Shown here one piece after another: positions 51,938-64,000 of a DNA stretch of 64,000 nt. The DNA lies in NCBI GenBank assembly GCA_012295275.1, contig CM022665.1, positions 13,950,001 to 14,014,000 of the forward strand, in the 5' to 3' direction. Numbering within the stretch: the first letter of the stretch is position 1; each line of letters opens with the position of its first letter. Source of the stretch: Chrysomallon squamiferum. Lineage: Eukaryota > Animalia > Mollusca. A program made the position numbers and the translations under genes. Under the pieces are notes generated by a model. That model did no database searches, was not told the origin of the DNA, and was given only the letters and a program-made list of their open reading frames with translations.

Positions 51938-54900
51938 TCAGGATCTTTTAATTCCAAGCAGAAATTCAGCAACACCCAGATAATAAACTGTTTGAGCTAT
52001 TCCAAACAGTGGAGCAATCACAAGAATTCGACAAAGAGCACCTTTGAAAAAAGCTTTTGGACCTTCTCTCTGAAAAACCTTGCTGTAAAATCAAAGTTAT
52101 TTCAATTAAAAAAAACCTGAAAAAGTAAACTAAAAAATTAAATAAAAAATATATATATATAGATAACAAAAAATTCAGCTTTATGTGTACACACATGCGC
52201 GCACACACACACGCACACACACACATCTTGTTTAGAAAAATAACAGGCCACTGATGATATGTCTACAAAAATATAAGTGAAAGTTCAGAAATAAAACAAT
52301 CAGCAATAATTTTAAACTTTTATTTATTAAAATTATACATTATTTAACGACTTAATGATTTCTGCAATTTTTCATCACTTTACCTTTACGTATATTTGTG
52401 ATCTGTGTTTGTATTCTGACACTTCTTCATATATTTCATAACATGGTACTAATCATTAAATGAAGCTGCTAACTACTGTATGTATATTTACTTACACAAA
52501 GCAGTCTACAATTCCTCTGTATGTTTCTTCACCTTTTCCTTTGTGAAGAGTCTGCAGGCGAGTTTTCACAACTAAAAATATTTACATCAACTGATTATGT
52601 ACAAATGACTTTTTGAGTTCTTGAATGATAACAGTATACATTTATTTTTTAATTATAATTGTTTTATTCTGCATTTTGTTTTAGTGAGATTGCTGCAGCA
52701 ATAATTAATAAATATTTGAAAATATCAGTGTGGAAAATACCCAATTTATTTCAAAATGTTTTTTCTCTGTGGTTAAGAGGATCATAAGTAATGTACATTT
52801 AGAATGTTTAGAAATGTTGTTTTGGATTTTCACTTTAACTTTTTCAATTTTCATTTCATCTTTTATCATTATTATTGCTGTTTGATCAGAAAAGCACTCT
52901 AATATTGAAATAGGTTTTTAAACAAGGAAACAGTTTTTAATAGCAATATAGCTAACATTCCATACTAACAAACATATAGATAACAAAATTATGGAATACA
53001 TTTTAGAACAGTACAGTAATCTCTGAAACTGCTATATCCATCATTCAGTATGCTGTACCGAACAAAATATTCCCTGCATATATAATATGAATCAATCAGA
53101 AAGAGAAACCTTTGTTGTATGGTTGGATATACATTTGGAATATAAAAGAATATTTTGTAATAATATAACTGTTTTTGATAATAATAATGTTCTCACCGTC
53201 AAATGGATTGACAGAAAATGAGGCCACACATCCTGCGACACAACCAGCTATGAAAGACACATAGAAAACAGCCTGACCTCCTTCTCTTCTTTTACCCTTT
53301 TAAATAACACAACATCATTTTCATTTTCAATCAGATATAAATAAAATAAAATAAAGTATTATTTAGAAATTTAAATGTATAGAAAAATATGTGTATGTCA
53401 AAATTATTGTTTCATTATTACCGTCATTAAATGTCATCGTTACTTTTTAGTTGTTATTTTTATTATAATAGTTACTGTTGCTGCTCTTGTTGTTATTATT
53501 ATTTCATCAAAAAATAGAGATACTGAACATAAAAGTAAGAAATTAAAGTACTGATTATCCACATACAGGTACCATTATTACGAAATATGATTTTCACCAG
53601 AAATTATGATTATACATAAAATAAATAAATATATACAACAGGAAAAAAAACCCCAAAAAACAACAACCCCCAAACAAAACAAAAAGAAAAACAAACAGTC
53701 AATTAAATAATAATAAATTAACTATTATATACCAGTGCATTTAGATGTGCAAACAATGGAAAGTAGATAGCTGAAAATGCAACATCTCGCAAAGCTGTGG
53801 AACCAAAACCTTTGTACAGTCCAAAAATGCCTTTCTCCCTCACTAGCTGAAGAGCTATAGCAGTGGCAGAAAGCCTTGGAGCTGTAACAGTTTTAGCTGA
53901 CTGAGAAAAATCTGAACGCAGGTCAACTGATGCTGAAATAAAAATTTGAAAAATCACCTCAGTAAGTATACTTATTTTAAAAACATTCCTGGATAGAATG
54001 AATAAAAAATATATATTGTAATTGTTTTCTAGGCAACAATGATATTTATAAAATTCTAAGAAAAAATAATTCTTGGTTATTTCAAATTTAAAAAAACTAA
54101 ATTCATTACTATTTCCAGTTTTAATTAATCATTTAAATTACTACTAAACTTTTTTTTATTTTTTTTATTTGAAGCATATTTTTAAAAACAACAAATTATC
54201 AAATAATCTTTTGGGTAAATTTCTTATATAATAAATGGCATTCAGTTTCAAATTATCAAAAGATAAGTTAAAAATGCAATACACTATGACTTTGTATAAA
54301 TATGTGTGTATCTCTCTTCATCTCTATGCATGTTTTACACAAGTGTAAATCTATGACTTTATACATATGTGTGTATGAATGCTGAGGTTTTGTTACACAT
54401 TCATTCATTTATTTATTCGTAATTATGGATATCAGTATAGAAACTGACATTTGTATATGCTTGCAAGGGTAAAAATGACTGTATATATTTTTGTCAACTA
54501 ACCGCTCCTGCCAGCATCCTGCAGTTGGATTTTTAGAAGCTCCATGGGCGTGGTGACAATGATTTGACACATCCCTGCTCCTGCACCTGCAAGTAATTCT
54601 CGCTGTAAGGGAAGAGTTCCACTGAAACAAAACATTACATCTGATACAAACAAGATAAGATGAGTTGTGACATTTTCTCAAATGTAACTTGTTTTGATTA
54701 ACTATTATAAAATGAAACATATGAATTCACTTTAACCACAAAGTCTAAATGTATCAACTAACATAAAGCCTATATGAATTAACTTTGATAATTAAGTATG
54801 TAAATATAATTTTGATTATAAATTATATATATATCATTAACATAAATGAATTAACACTGATTATAAATTATATATATATGAATTCTACTTGAATTTTACT

Positions 54901-56781
54901 ATAGTCTTTATGATTATATTAATTAATATCAATCCTACATGAATTAATTTTGACAGAAAATCAACATAAATGACCGAATATGAAATCTGTATGAATGAAT
55001 TTATCATTCTAAATTTCTAACTGAAAATCACTGTTTTTATTAAAATCAAAACATTATTGTCAAACATGTATCACAGATATTAACAAGTGGAGAAAGCATT
55101 TTTTTCATCATAACATGTTTGTAATGAACTAAGATAATGGTTGTGGGAAAGGATGTTTCCCAAAACTATAATCAATTCACATAAAAAAATAAATACAATA
55201 ACTAAAATTTATATTTTAACAGTCATATTCAAAAATATTTTTGATATTTAAACCATCTATAAAATATATATTTTATATTAAAACATACAAAGAAAATAGT
55301 TATTAATAATAACTCACTCCTTGGTCAAAAGGTGGTGTCTGAAGAAGTCGTTACCTACAAGTTTGATAGCTTTCTCAGGTGTAATGAGCAACAGGTTGAC
55401 CCCTGACCCTGCAATGTAAATAACTTTCAGTTTCAGTATAAATGTGATAGGGCACAACAGAGATTTGTCACGATTTTATTTTAGCTTGTAACTATTATTG
55501 TAACAATATTTTATACATTTTAGTTTTTAAACATAACAATCATTATAAATTTATTAAATATTAAATATTCAAATGTTTTTATGTATTTATATTAAATTTC
55601 TTTCTTTTTTTTCTTTTTTTTTTTTCAATATATATAAAAAAAACTTGATAATTCATTGTTTTCTGCAGAATAATTCACCATTTCCCTTATCTTTATGCAC
55701 TTCTATTAATTATAGCTTTTTAGTTAAAAACAAGAAAAATGTCTTACCTCTATACATTCCAAAAAATCCCTCATTGCGAAAGGTCTTAATACCACAGTCA
55801 ACTCTGTAAAAATCAAATAAAATCAATTTTTAAAATGTAACTAAAACTGATTCAATAAAAATTTTAAAGCAATTTTTACTGTCATGTGGATTCAGATGGT
55901 TTTGTTTATTAGTAATAATACTGAACGTTCCCAGTTTCAGTTAAGGATATTTACTATGCTTTAGTAACTGCTTAGATAAATTTCTTCAAGACATTTAATC
56001 CATTTTAAGTCTACAAAATAAGACTAATGAATTTTTACTTCTTAATTTATGAGGTAAACAAAATGCTAAGAAAGTAACCTTTACAGTCAACAATCAGGTA
56101 TTTTACAAGTGTTTTAGACACATAAATAGATATCATAAAATTAAATTGTTAGCACCTTTATGAAATTAATACTCTCAAAACCATTCTTAAATGTGAAATT
56201 ACACTATTAATATCTTAATGAAAGGTCTGAAGAATTATGACTTACAAATCATGACATAAGTATGAAATCACTTACAGATTTTTATACAACACTTCACCAC
56301 TGGGTCCTGGCTGCTGATTTTGCAGTCTTGTTTTGACAAGATCTATTGGAAACACGCATGTCACACCAACAATTCCTGCAATACTGCCATTTATAATTTT
56401 TGGCAACAAGCTGAAATAAAAATAATTATTGTAAACCTTAATGATGACATTATCAAAGTGTTAAGACTTTGTCATCCATTTATGTTTTTAAATTATATTT
56501 TATTTTCATCAACATCATCTTCTTCATATTCTAATTATTGTTACTTTTATTTTTATTACTACTATTACTACTACTGTTATTCCTCTTGTCACACTTTCAT
56601 GCAGATATGTAGTCTTAAAGTTAAACTTTATTTTTTTCATATCAATTTATTACCAATTAACATAAAAATAATTATTCCTGAAAATTACATTTAAAAAATC
56701 CATTAAATATCATACTGAAATATAATCAGTAAAAGGACATGATTTCAAAATAATATCTACTTACTAAAACTGTGAATCCAT
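51938..56781 (-). CDS. SLC25A22: Mitochondrial glutamate carrier (SLC25A22/SLC25A18, GC1-like), 9 coding exons, 312 aa
   Basis: Exons on - strand: 56781-56765, 56410-56276, 55803-55748, 55408-55318, 54621-54503, 53932-53733, 53296-53197, 52571-52496, 52082-51938 (TGA). Sequence [124 protein letters not shown] contains three PxD/ExxKxR/Q carrier motifs. An in-frame TGA sits immediately upstream of the ATG. The acceptor at 56793 implies an upstream non-coding exon, which was not located. Confidence 0.97.
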
Positions 56782-57279
56782 TCAGAACTTTTCTGTATAT
56801 TCTGTTTATGTAGAAGGTCAAAAGTCAAACTGTAAAAAGAAATAATAACAGTAATAAAATATAAAAACAAATATAAAAATAACAGATAATTCTTATGAAA
56901 CCATGATAATAATAGATAATTCACATACATATAAAAATGTATACATACAAATATATTCAACAATCTAAAAACATTAACTAAAAAAACAATATGTACTGAA
57001 GAAAATTTGGGACACATATATTTATTTAAAATAACATATAGATGTATTTCACAAATATATAAACATGTAAAAATTTGCACAAGAAATGTATGTGTGTGCT
57101 TAGGTGTACATATGCCATAGTGTTTATGCAGCAAGTAACACAGAGGCCACATTCTCTTCAATAACTATATCAAGCTTTGAAAATTTCTTGTGCAATTGAA
57201 CAAATTCCTTCAGACACATTATAGACTATTTAGCCTCAGCTATAGAGAAAATATTATATTACTTAAGTTTTATAAATTA

Positions 57280-58010
57280 AATAAATTACCATTCAAACAA
57301 TGTGCTGTTCATCAAATTTTTCTTACTTGTAAATCATTGACAATACTTCTGATGTTAGAGGTTTTGTGGGTTTTGTTTTTTAAATTCTTGATTTCTTATA
57401 TTTTTCTAAGTACAAGGACTGGTAACTTTTTTTCTGTCAACCTTGCACACAATGCCATGGTCAGTCTGTCATTGGGCCATTTTTCTCCAGCACATTTATT
57501 GCCTTTAATTTCACCTTTAACTTTAAATATGTTTTTAATGATGTCTCTGTAAAATAAAATCCTGTTTAGTCAGTGCTGAATATGTCTCATTATCTTCATG
57601 ATCCAGTCATCCACCATGGTCCTATAGACATCACCATGTTCACCACAGCAGTGTTATATCTACTCGTGAATGCATCAAGCCAGCCATTTGATGTCTTAAC
57701 TATCTCAACACCCAATTTGTTTGTTACTTAATAAGTATTCCTTTGAGGTTTTTTCACCACTTGGAATCATTGCCAAACAAGCATAATGATCTCTTCAATG
57801 CAAATGACCTTCTGTTTTTTCTTGCTCTTGGCATATTATTTTCAAAGTCTGCTTGAACATTTGCTTTCCTTTTTAAAATGCTGTCAGTTTGTCTACAACG
57901 CATTCCAAATTTCTCTGCTATCTTTCTAGCACTTAAACAGTATTTCTCTGAAGTTCTGGTAATTTCTACTCATTGCTTTAAAGTTGAAGCAGAATGACTG
58001 TTTGATAGCA
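57280..58010 (-). pseudogene. Decayed Tigger/pogo (CENP-B-like) transposase fossil in the SLC25A22 5' intron/upstream region
   Basis: Frameshifted minus-strand fragments in correct order: LSARKIAEKFG...SILKRK (HTH-psq), KLGVEIVKTSNGWLDAFTSRYN (CENP-B HTH), CGEHGDV...VDDW, D*TG (DETG), KGNKCAGEK...DRLTMALCA..TEKKLP, MNSTLFEW (DDE_1). A possible degenerate terminal region lies at ~58540-58680. Confidence 0.8.
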
Positions 58011-58857
58011 TAGTTATTTTATTTCTTTTACAGTTGGTTCATAAATAAATAACAAAAAAATGAAATTAGCTCATTATTACAGTATGGACTACTCTGGCAC
58101 CTTGGTTATAATTTAATTGCCTTTGATAATACTGCTACAATCAGCTATAGCCAATAAGAAGTCATCTTGTTATTGAGAAAAAGATTTGAGCTGAACTACT
58201 GAAAGCAAATTATACAACCACTGGAACAAAACAGCTATTGACATTTACCAAGTTAACAAAAGAATTAAAGAAATGTTTAGTATTAGTTAACAATATTTGT
58301 ATATGGCAGTAACATCATATGGCAACATCAAAACAAGTTTGTTCTTTGTCAAGTTGAATCAAATTGCCAAACTTTCTGGACAGGTGACACAACAATGGTG
58401 GAACTGATGAAAACAATGTGATTTACTGGAAACTAGACTGCTGTACAATCACACATAGTGGAAAGAATTTGATTTAAAAAAAAAAAAAAAATAATGAAAA
58501 TAATATATTGGTCATTAATGAAAGTTCAGACCTTATTTTTGCTGAAAAATAGTGGCCACTGGCTGCATTGGACAGATGGTTTTTCTACAGGTGTCAAATA
58601 AAGAATAAATGCTTTGGGGAAGTTTCAGGATAGTCATTATATAGATATGCCCATTCAGCTATGTGTGTGTATTAGTTTTCCATTATGTTAATTAGTATTA
58701 CAGTCCTCTGACAAAATATTAAAATATTATATTAGTATTACTAGACAGTAGATATAAAAATACCTCACTTCTATTCCAAGTGTATCTTAGGTACTGGATC
58801 TACCTTCCTAACATTTTTTTTTTTTTTTTTTTTTTTTTGTACAGTGAGAATCCATTT

Positions 58858-59022
58858 TGAAAATAGTTAATAACAGTGTCTTATCTTATTTGACCTAAAA
58901 TAAAGCAATTTCCACATTAAGTTTTAGATATCTGGTACAAAGATCCAAAACTGAAAATAGTTAATAATAGTATCTTATCTTATTTGACATAGAATAAGGC
59001 AAATGCCACATTAAATTTTACA
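58858..59022. repeat. Two diverged direct copies of a ~70 bp unit (period ~94 bp)
   Basis: gaaaatagttaataacagtgtcttatcttatttgacctaaaataaagcaatttccacattaa versus gaaaatagttaataatagtatcttatcttatttgacatagaataaggcaaatgccacattaa. Confidence 0.8.
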
Positions 59023-59161
59023 CAGTTCAAGGTAGAATAATGTCTATAAATAAAAAAACATTTAAATAATTAATAAAAGAATAATGATAATATCTGGAAA
59101 GAGGAACTAATGATTTAAAGTCTTATTTAAATTAGACTAACCTTACATTTATTTGTGTGTT

Positions 59162-59166
59162 TCTCT

Positions 59167-59208
<42 letters not shown>
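59162..59208. repeat. (TC)n(TG)n microsatellite
   Basis: Directly visible. Confidence 0.9.
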
Positions 59209-59211
<3 letters not shown>

Positions 59212-59854
59212 TCTGTTGCATTGTGCACATTTATTTAAGTCTGATGTTAATGTCTCTGCAAAGTTTTAGCATAATAACTTTGCTCAAATGAAAACACCTA
59301 CACCTAACAACAATTATATTTATCCATGAATGATGTAAAAAATGTATTTAAATAAATATAAAAAATACAAATACAGTATTCATTTATATTATTATTACTG
59401 ACTACCAAACCAAAAAATACGGTACTATTTATATACATACCAACATACATACATACCTTTTTCAAGCAACAGTGTTACATTTGTGTAAGAAAAACATAAT
59501 CCATGTTAACAATTCACTGGCTCTAGAAATTGATTTTTCATGACAGAGATTGACACAGAAGGGTTTTATGTTAAAGAAGCTACACAGAAATCAATAAAGG
59601 TTTACTTAATTGCAAGTGCATAGGATTTGACAATGGTTATTCTTATTATTAATTTAAGATCCCTTACTTCAAAGTTTACTGCTTAAATATCATCATTTTC
59701 TATATAATTTTAACAGATATCCCAAGGAAAACCAAGAAAATAAATGGGTTATTTTACAGAAGCAATATTTAGTGTTATGCTCAGGATTTCATTACAGTTA
59801 TTTCTATTGAAAATCTGAAAATCCCAGTCATGAAAGCTTTTTACACACACACAC

Positions 59855-59975
59855 ACACTATGTATATTATCATTTTTCCCCTAAAAATACATAAACACTA
59901 TATATATATTAATTTTCCCCCTAAAACTATATATACACTATGAATATATTCATTTTTCTCCTAAAAATAAATCCC
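59855..59975. repeat. Minisatellite, 3 x ~40 bp
   Basis: Unit ACACTAT...ATTTT(T)C(C/T)CCTAAAA repeated three times. Confidence 0.75.
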
Positions 59976-60118
59976 TATACTGGCTATAGACATAGCTAAA
60001 ACAAAAAGACAGTTTTACATTAAGAGTAGTTACTTGGAAATCATGTAATTGTTCCTGTTATTCTAGTTCCTATCTTATATGTTTATTTATTTTAACATCT
60101 TCATTTAACATATAATTT

Positions 60119-60156
<38 letters not shown>

Positions 60157-62475
60157 TTATTGTGTGGGTTTTGGGGAGGTTTAGAAACAGTGTTCCCCTC
60201 TGAAAGATAAATTACAATGAGAGAAAGAGGCCCCAAAAAAGTTGTATTTAAGAGTAGTCATACTGAAATGAAATCAATATATATTTATTTAGTTAAGTGC
60301 TAGGATCACATGACAGTTTCTCCTGACATCAGCATAACTTGACATACATATGTTCATTATTTTTATTAATTAGAATAAATAAGGTTATAATTTCTTTTCT
60401 AAATAAACTATCTACAATTAACAGTATCCTGTAAAATGGTGTTTAAAACTACAGTAAAACAGAATAAACTAAAACAAATATCTTGAGATTACCAAAATGG
60501 TTTAAGAGTTATTGGATTTCTCAGACTTGCTGAGGTCAGTCATCCTACAAAATCTCATTATTCCTTTCATTTCAATCATTCTCCAAGCTAAATTTTAGTT
60601 TTATGCAGCTGAGCAAAAGTTCTAAGATGATACATAAGTTACAAATGATATGAACAGTTACAGTAACCCTGAAAGCCGCAATGCCACTTAATTATTTCTT
60701 ACATAACCATCCAAGGGTTACATTAGTAGTAAATGACTTCCATTTCAAACAGTATATTTACTAGCTACGATTTAGTTCTGCGTTAAGAGATTATTAACAA
60801 AATATTAACCTACCCCAGACAAATATTTAACAGATAAACTGAAGGAGATTTTATTTTCACAATAAATTATAGTATAAAAATATCTGAATTTTGTAGTGAA
60901 GCTCATCATTTAATATAGATTAATGGCTGTATCATCTAAAGCAAAATGTTGTTGATATTTAACTTAACAACCAGGCAGTTTGTTTCATAAACTTCCACTG
61001 CTATGCTTCACCACTTAGTCAGGGTATCAGAGAAGATTATAATCCTTAAACCTACCCCAAGACAACCTTTTTAAGATGAGATCTGATTTTTTTTTCTGTC
61101 CATAAGTTCAGTATTGGAATATCTCTATTTGCATTTACTCCAATACACCTTAAAATAAACATTATAGCCTGCCTATTTCAAACATGAAACATAAACATGA
61201 TATTTGAAAGAAGTTGGTCCAAAGGTTAATACGATTAAGCTTATGGATAGGGTATACCTACATTAATCTTGCTTTTGTAAAACTAAACAAAGATGGTGAG
61301 GATTAATATATTTTTATTTCAGAAATAACATGAAAGAGGAATATCCATTAAGTATCATATCTATTATCATTAAAAAATAATAAAAATTAAAAAAAAGATT
61401 TCAAAATTTAATTTAAGGAAATAAACCCTTTGAAAATGTTATAATCATATGCTGGTTATTTAAGTGTAAAAACACATACAAACACAAACATGGATTTCTA
61501 AAAAAATTAATTCGATATATTAGTGAAAATAATAAAATATTTACTTTATTAAAGTATCAGTATAATTTAATTTATTATTCAATCCTTCAAAAAAATTAAA
61601 AAATCACATTCTTTAAAAATAGTTGATTTACAGTTTATTTCTATTTACAGAATATACAGACAATTGTTGACTTATGACTGTTCAGGTCTAACAGTGATGC
61701 TGCAGTTAAAGGTAGGTTTATGCTTGTATGCTGACTCAGTGGGTATTTAGCATACTCCTTTATTGTGTTCATATTCAGTGTTATTTCTTTAAGCTCACTG
61801 TTCAACAGACAAGTGCACTTAAGAATGTCAGTGCATTTTTTTACAGCTAGCCATTAATACTTTGCATGTTGTTGTGACCCATACTTAGTGCAATCCACAA
61901 CTGTTTTCTCCGTCCATGGTCCCAGTATTATGGTAAACTGATGACATGCAGGTTTGGAAACTTATGAACTTATTAATAAGAAGTTTGTCCATTCATGCCA
62001 AGAAAAGGGAACTTTTTAACACATGCCATCTTTATTTTTATCTTAACAAAGCAGAAACATTATGTGTAAAGTGAAAAGAAGAAAATTTATCTTAGGAAGA
62101 TTGGAAATGGACTGAGTATGCACATGCTGAAAATGTATCAGTTTCATTATCTTTGCTATGTAATCTTGTGTGTGCCTTACTCGTGAATCTGTTCAAAGAA
62201 TTTTTATTTTTGTCAGCAACCTAAATTTCTGTTCTGCATGGAGCTTGGCAAGTAAAGTATGGATCAACATTAATGCTACTGTATGTACAATTAAAGCATG
62301 CTGCAAATTGTGATAAAATCATAACTGGTATTAAACACACTGTAAAGTGCAAACTGTGTTTGATTTAAACTAATTTAAGGTTTACTAAAAATGACTGTAC
62401 ATGTACATGACTTAAGGTTCAGATAATGTGATTACATGTGGTATAAACATAATATATAATTATATATGTATCTAT

Positions 62476-64000
62476 GGGCCATTCCATGTCAAATCACCCC
62501 CAAAAAAAGAAAATTTAAACCCGACCGTCTCAGATTTTTATGAAACTTGGTACACTTGTTGACTGGGATCCCACAGCACCAAATCGGATCAGTGGTATGG
62601 GAGATATGGCCCACCGAATTTTGAGATTTTTGGCAAAAATGGGCGTGACCACCAACCTTAGAACCCTCATATCTCAGGAACTACTGGGCCAGTCTTCATA
62701 AAATTGGTATTGTTGAAAAGGCAATATGTCAAGGATTCCAAATCTGCCATTTTTGTTCAGTTTGGAAAATATTGGAGTACATTGACCTATTGACCTTTGC
62801 TATGACTGTGTGAATCACATGACCTTGAGATGACCTTTACTGAAATGTAATCTCCCACATGTTAACTAAAACATAAAAAAGTTTCCTGGGTGTAATATTT
62901 TTTGTTTAGCCACAATATAGATTTAAAAAATGCACATACATGAAAATAACACCTTTTTAGCCATTAACATCTGATTAACTAAAACCTGAATGATCAATTC
63001 TGGATGCTAAGAATCACCATCTTTCTTGATCATCGAGTAAGACATTGTATGCCTACATGTATGAATAAAGTTCACATAAATTTGAGAGAACTAGGTGTTT
63101 CTGATGACAGAATAGAATTCAAATCAAAGTCCTTTTCTGGGGAAACAACAACCAACAGTTTGTCTGGCAATATATTATCAAATTCTCCCATTGTAATACC
63201 ACCCATACTAAAGCCATCCTCTGCAGGGGTTTGGACCTTTGAAGGCTAATCAGACAGTCACAGCACAACTTGTCTCCTGGCACTAGTGTCTTTGGAGGAT
63301 TTACTAAGCAATTGTAAGTGCCCATGCTAACAATTCTTAAAGATCTAGTGCATGCTTGCTCAGGGTGGCGATTAAGGGGATCACAACACTTTTTCCACAA
63401 TGTTGAAAATTCGATTAAAACTTCTTGTTCATGATGTGAACAGATACTCTTGATGTCCCGTGTTTTGATCCTACTTCGAAGAGTGAGGAGTTCGACTTCC
63501 TCAGTTTTCCATACACTTCGCAACAACTCCTTTTTGATATGATGGTGTTGATAACATACATTTTCAGGAGAGTTAAAGCTGCAGTTAGCCCTGGAAGAAA
63601 TAAGGATTTTCAGTATTGGCCTACACCTTCAATTCAAAGTCAGTGCTTTCCTAAATATCAAATCAAATCCTGAAACCCTTTCAGTAAAGTTAAGCAGGTC
63701 ATAAAATGGCAGCAGAGTACATGTGTTATTGCCAAAGGCCCACAAGTCTTGGGCATTTATGTCAATCTTCTCGAGTATAAATTTCAGTTTATTAAGGTGA
63801 AGGTAGATCTTGTTCATACATTATGCAGTACATCACTTGATGTCTTACTCGATGATCAAGAGAGATGGTGATCCCTAGCATCCAGAATTGATCATTCAGG
63901 TTTTAGTTAATCAGATGTTAATGGCTGAAAAGGTGTTATTTTCATGTATGTGCATTTTTTATATCTATATTGTGGCTAAACAAAAAATATTACACCCAGG
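62476..64000 (-). mobile_element. Non-autonomous long-TIR DNA transposon, Sola2-like, internally deleted; right TIR runs off the window
   Basis: 62885-63045 is the reverse complement of 63840-64000 (about 5 mismatches in 161 bp by eye). Abrupt compositional start at GGGCCATTCCATGTCAAATC (62476) suggests a ~570 bp TIR. The interior - strand frame encodes C...C...LLTLRS...ICSHH...CCDPLNRH...SLR...LVPGDKLCCDC, resembling the Cys/His-rich N-terminus of Sola2 transposases. No catalytic domain is present. Confidence 0.8.
63119..63590 (-). pseudogene. Truncated transposase N-terminal Cys/His (zinc-binding) region within the Sola2-like element
   Basis: ANCSFNSPENVCYQHHHIKKELLRSVWKTEEVELLTLRS...ICSHHEQ...CCDPLNRH...PGDKLCCDC. 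Same frame as ORF 63629-63817, separated from it by one TGA. Confidence 0.65.

Noticed and set aside
56320-57552. Several 120-134 aa ORFs near the SLC25A22 5' end
   Set aside because: Low-complexity AT-rich intronic frames, or antisense to exons or the Tigger fossil.
58858-59975. Short direct repeats as a possible CRISPR-like array
   Set aside because: Only 2-3 degenerate copies, no unique spacers of regular length, eukaryotic intronic context, no cas genes.
61860-62400. Moderately complex sequence left of the Sola2-like element, possibly another TE remnant
   Set aside because: No recognisable motif, terminus or sustained reading frame found by eye.
1-64000. tRNA, rRNA, U12-type introns, SECIS or IRE elements
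   Set aside because: None recognised by eye; all modelled introns are GT-AG without the RTATCCTT donor. A covariance-model scan would be needed to exclude small RNAs.

Overview
AT-rich, CpG-depleted, intron-rich animal genomic DNA. It looks invertebrate, possibly molluscan, but that is an inference from gene structure and repeat style only. Four conserved genes can be reconstructed exon by exon with GT-AG introns and consistent phases. (1) The last 10 exons of acetyl-CoA carboxylase (+, 59-5810). (2) A complete CNK/CNKSR scaffold gene (-, 20 exons, ~1040 aa, SAM-CRIC-PDZ-linker-PH-C-terminal helix). (3) A complete HPS5/BLOC-2 gene (+, 28 exons, ~1900 aa), head-to-head with CNK. It carries a very large repeat-containing insert, a C-terminal RING-H2 finger and a 7-codon uORF. 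(4) The full CDS of a mitochondrial glutamate carrier SLC25A22/18 (-, 9 coding exons, 312 aa). Mobile elements are a Tc2-like TcMar MITE, a decayed Tigger/pogo transposase and a young long-TIR Sola2-like deletion derivative running off the right edge. I found no convincing evidence of a wholly new biological system. The best leads are the RING-bearing, repeat-expanded HPS5, its uORF and shared promoter, and candidate CNK isoforms. All homology calls are from remembered motifs, not database searches.
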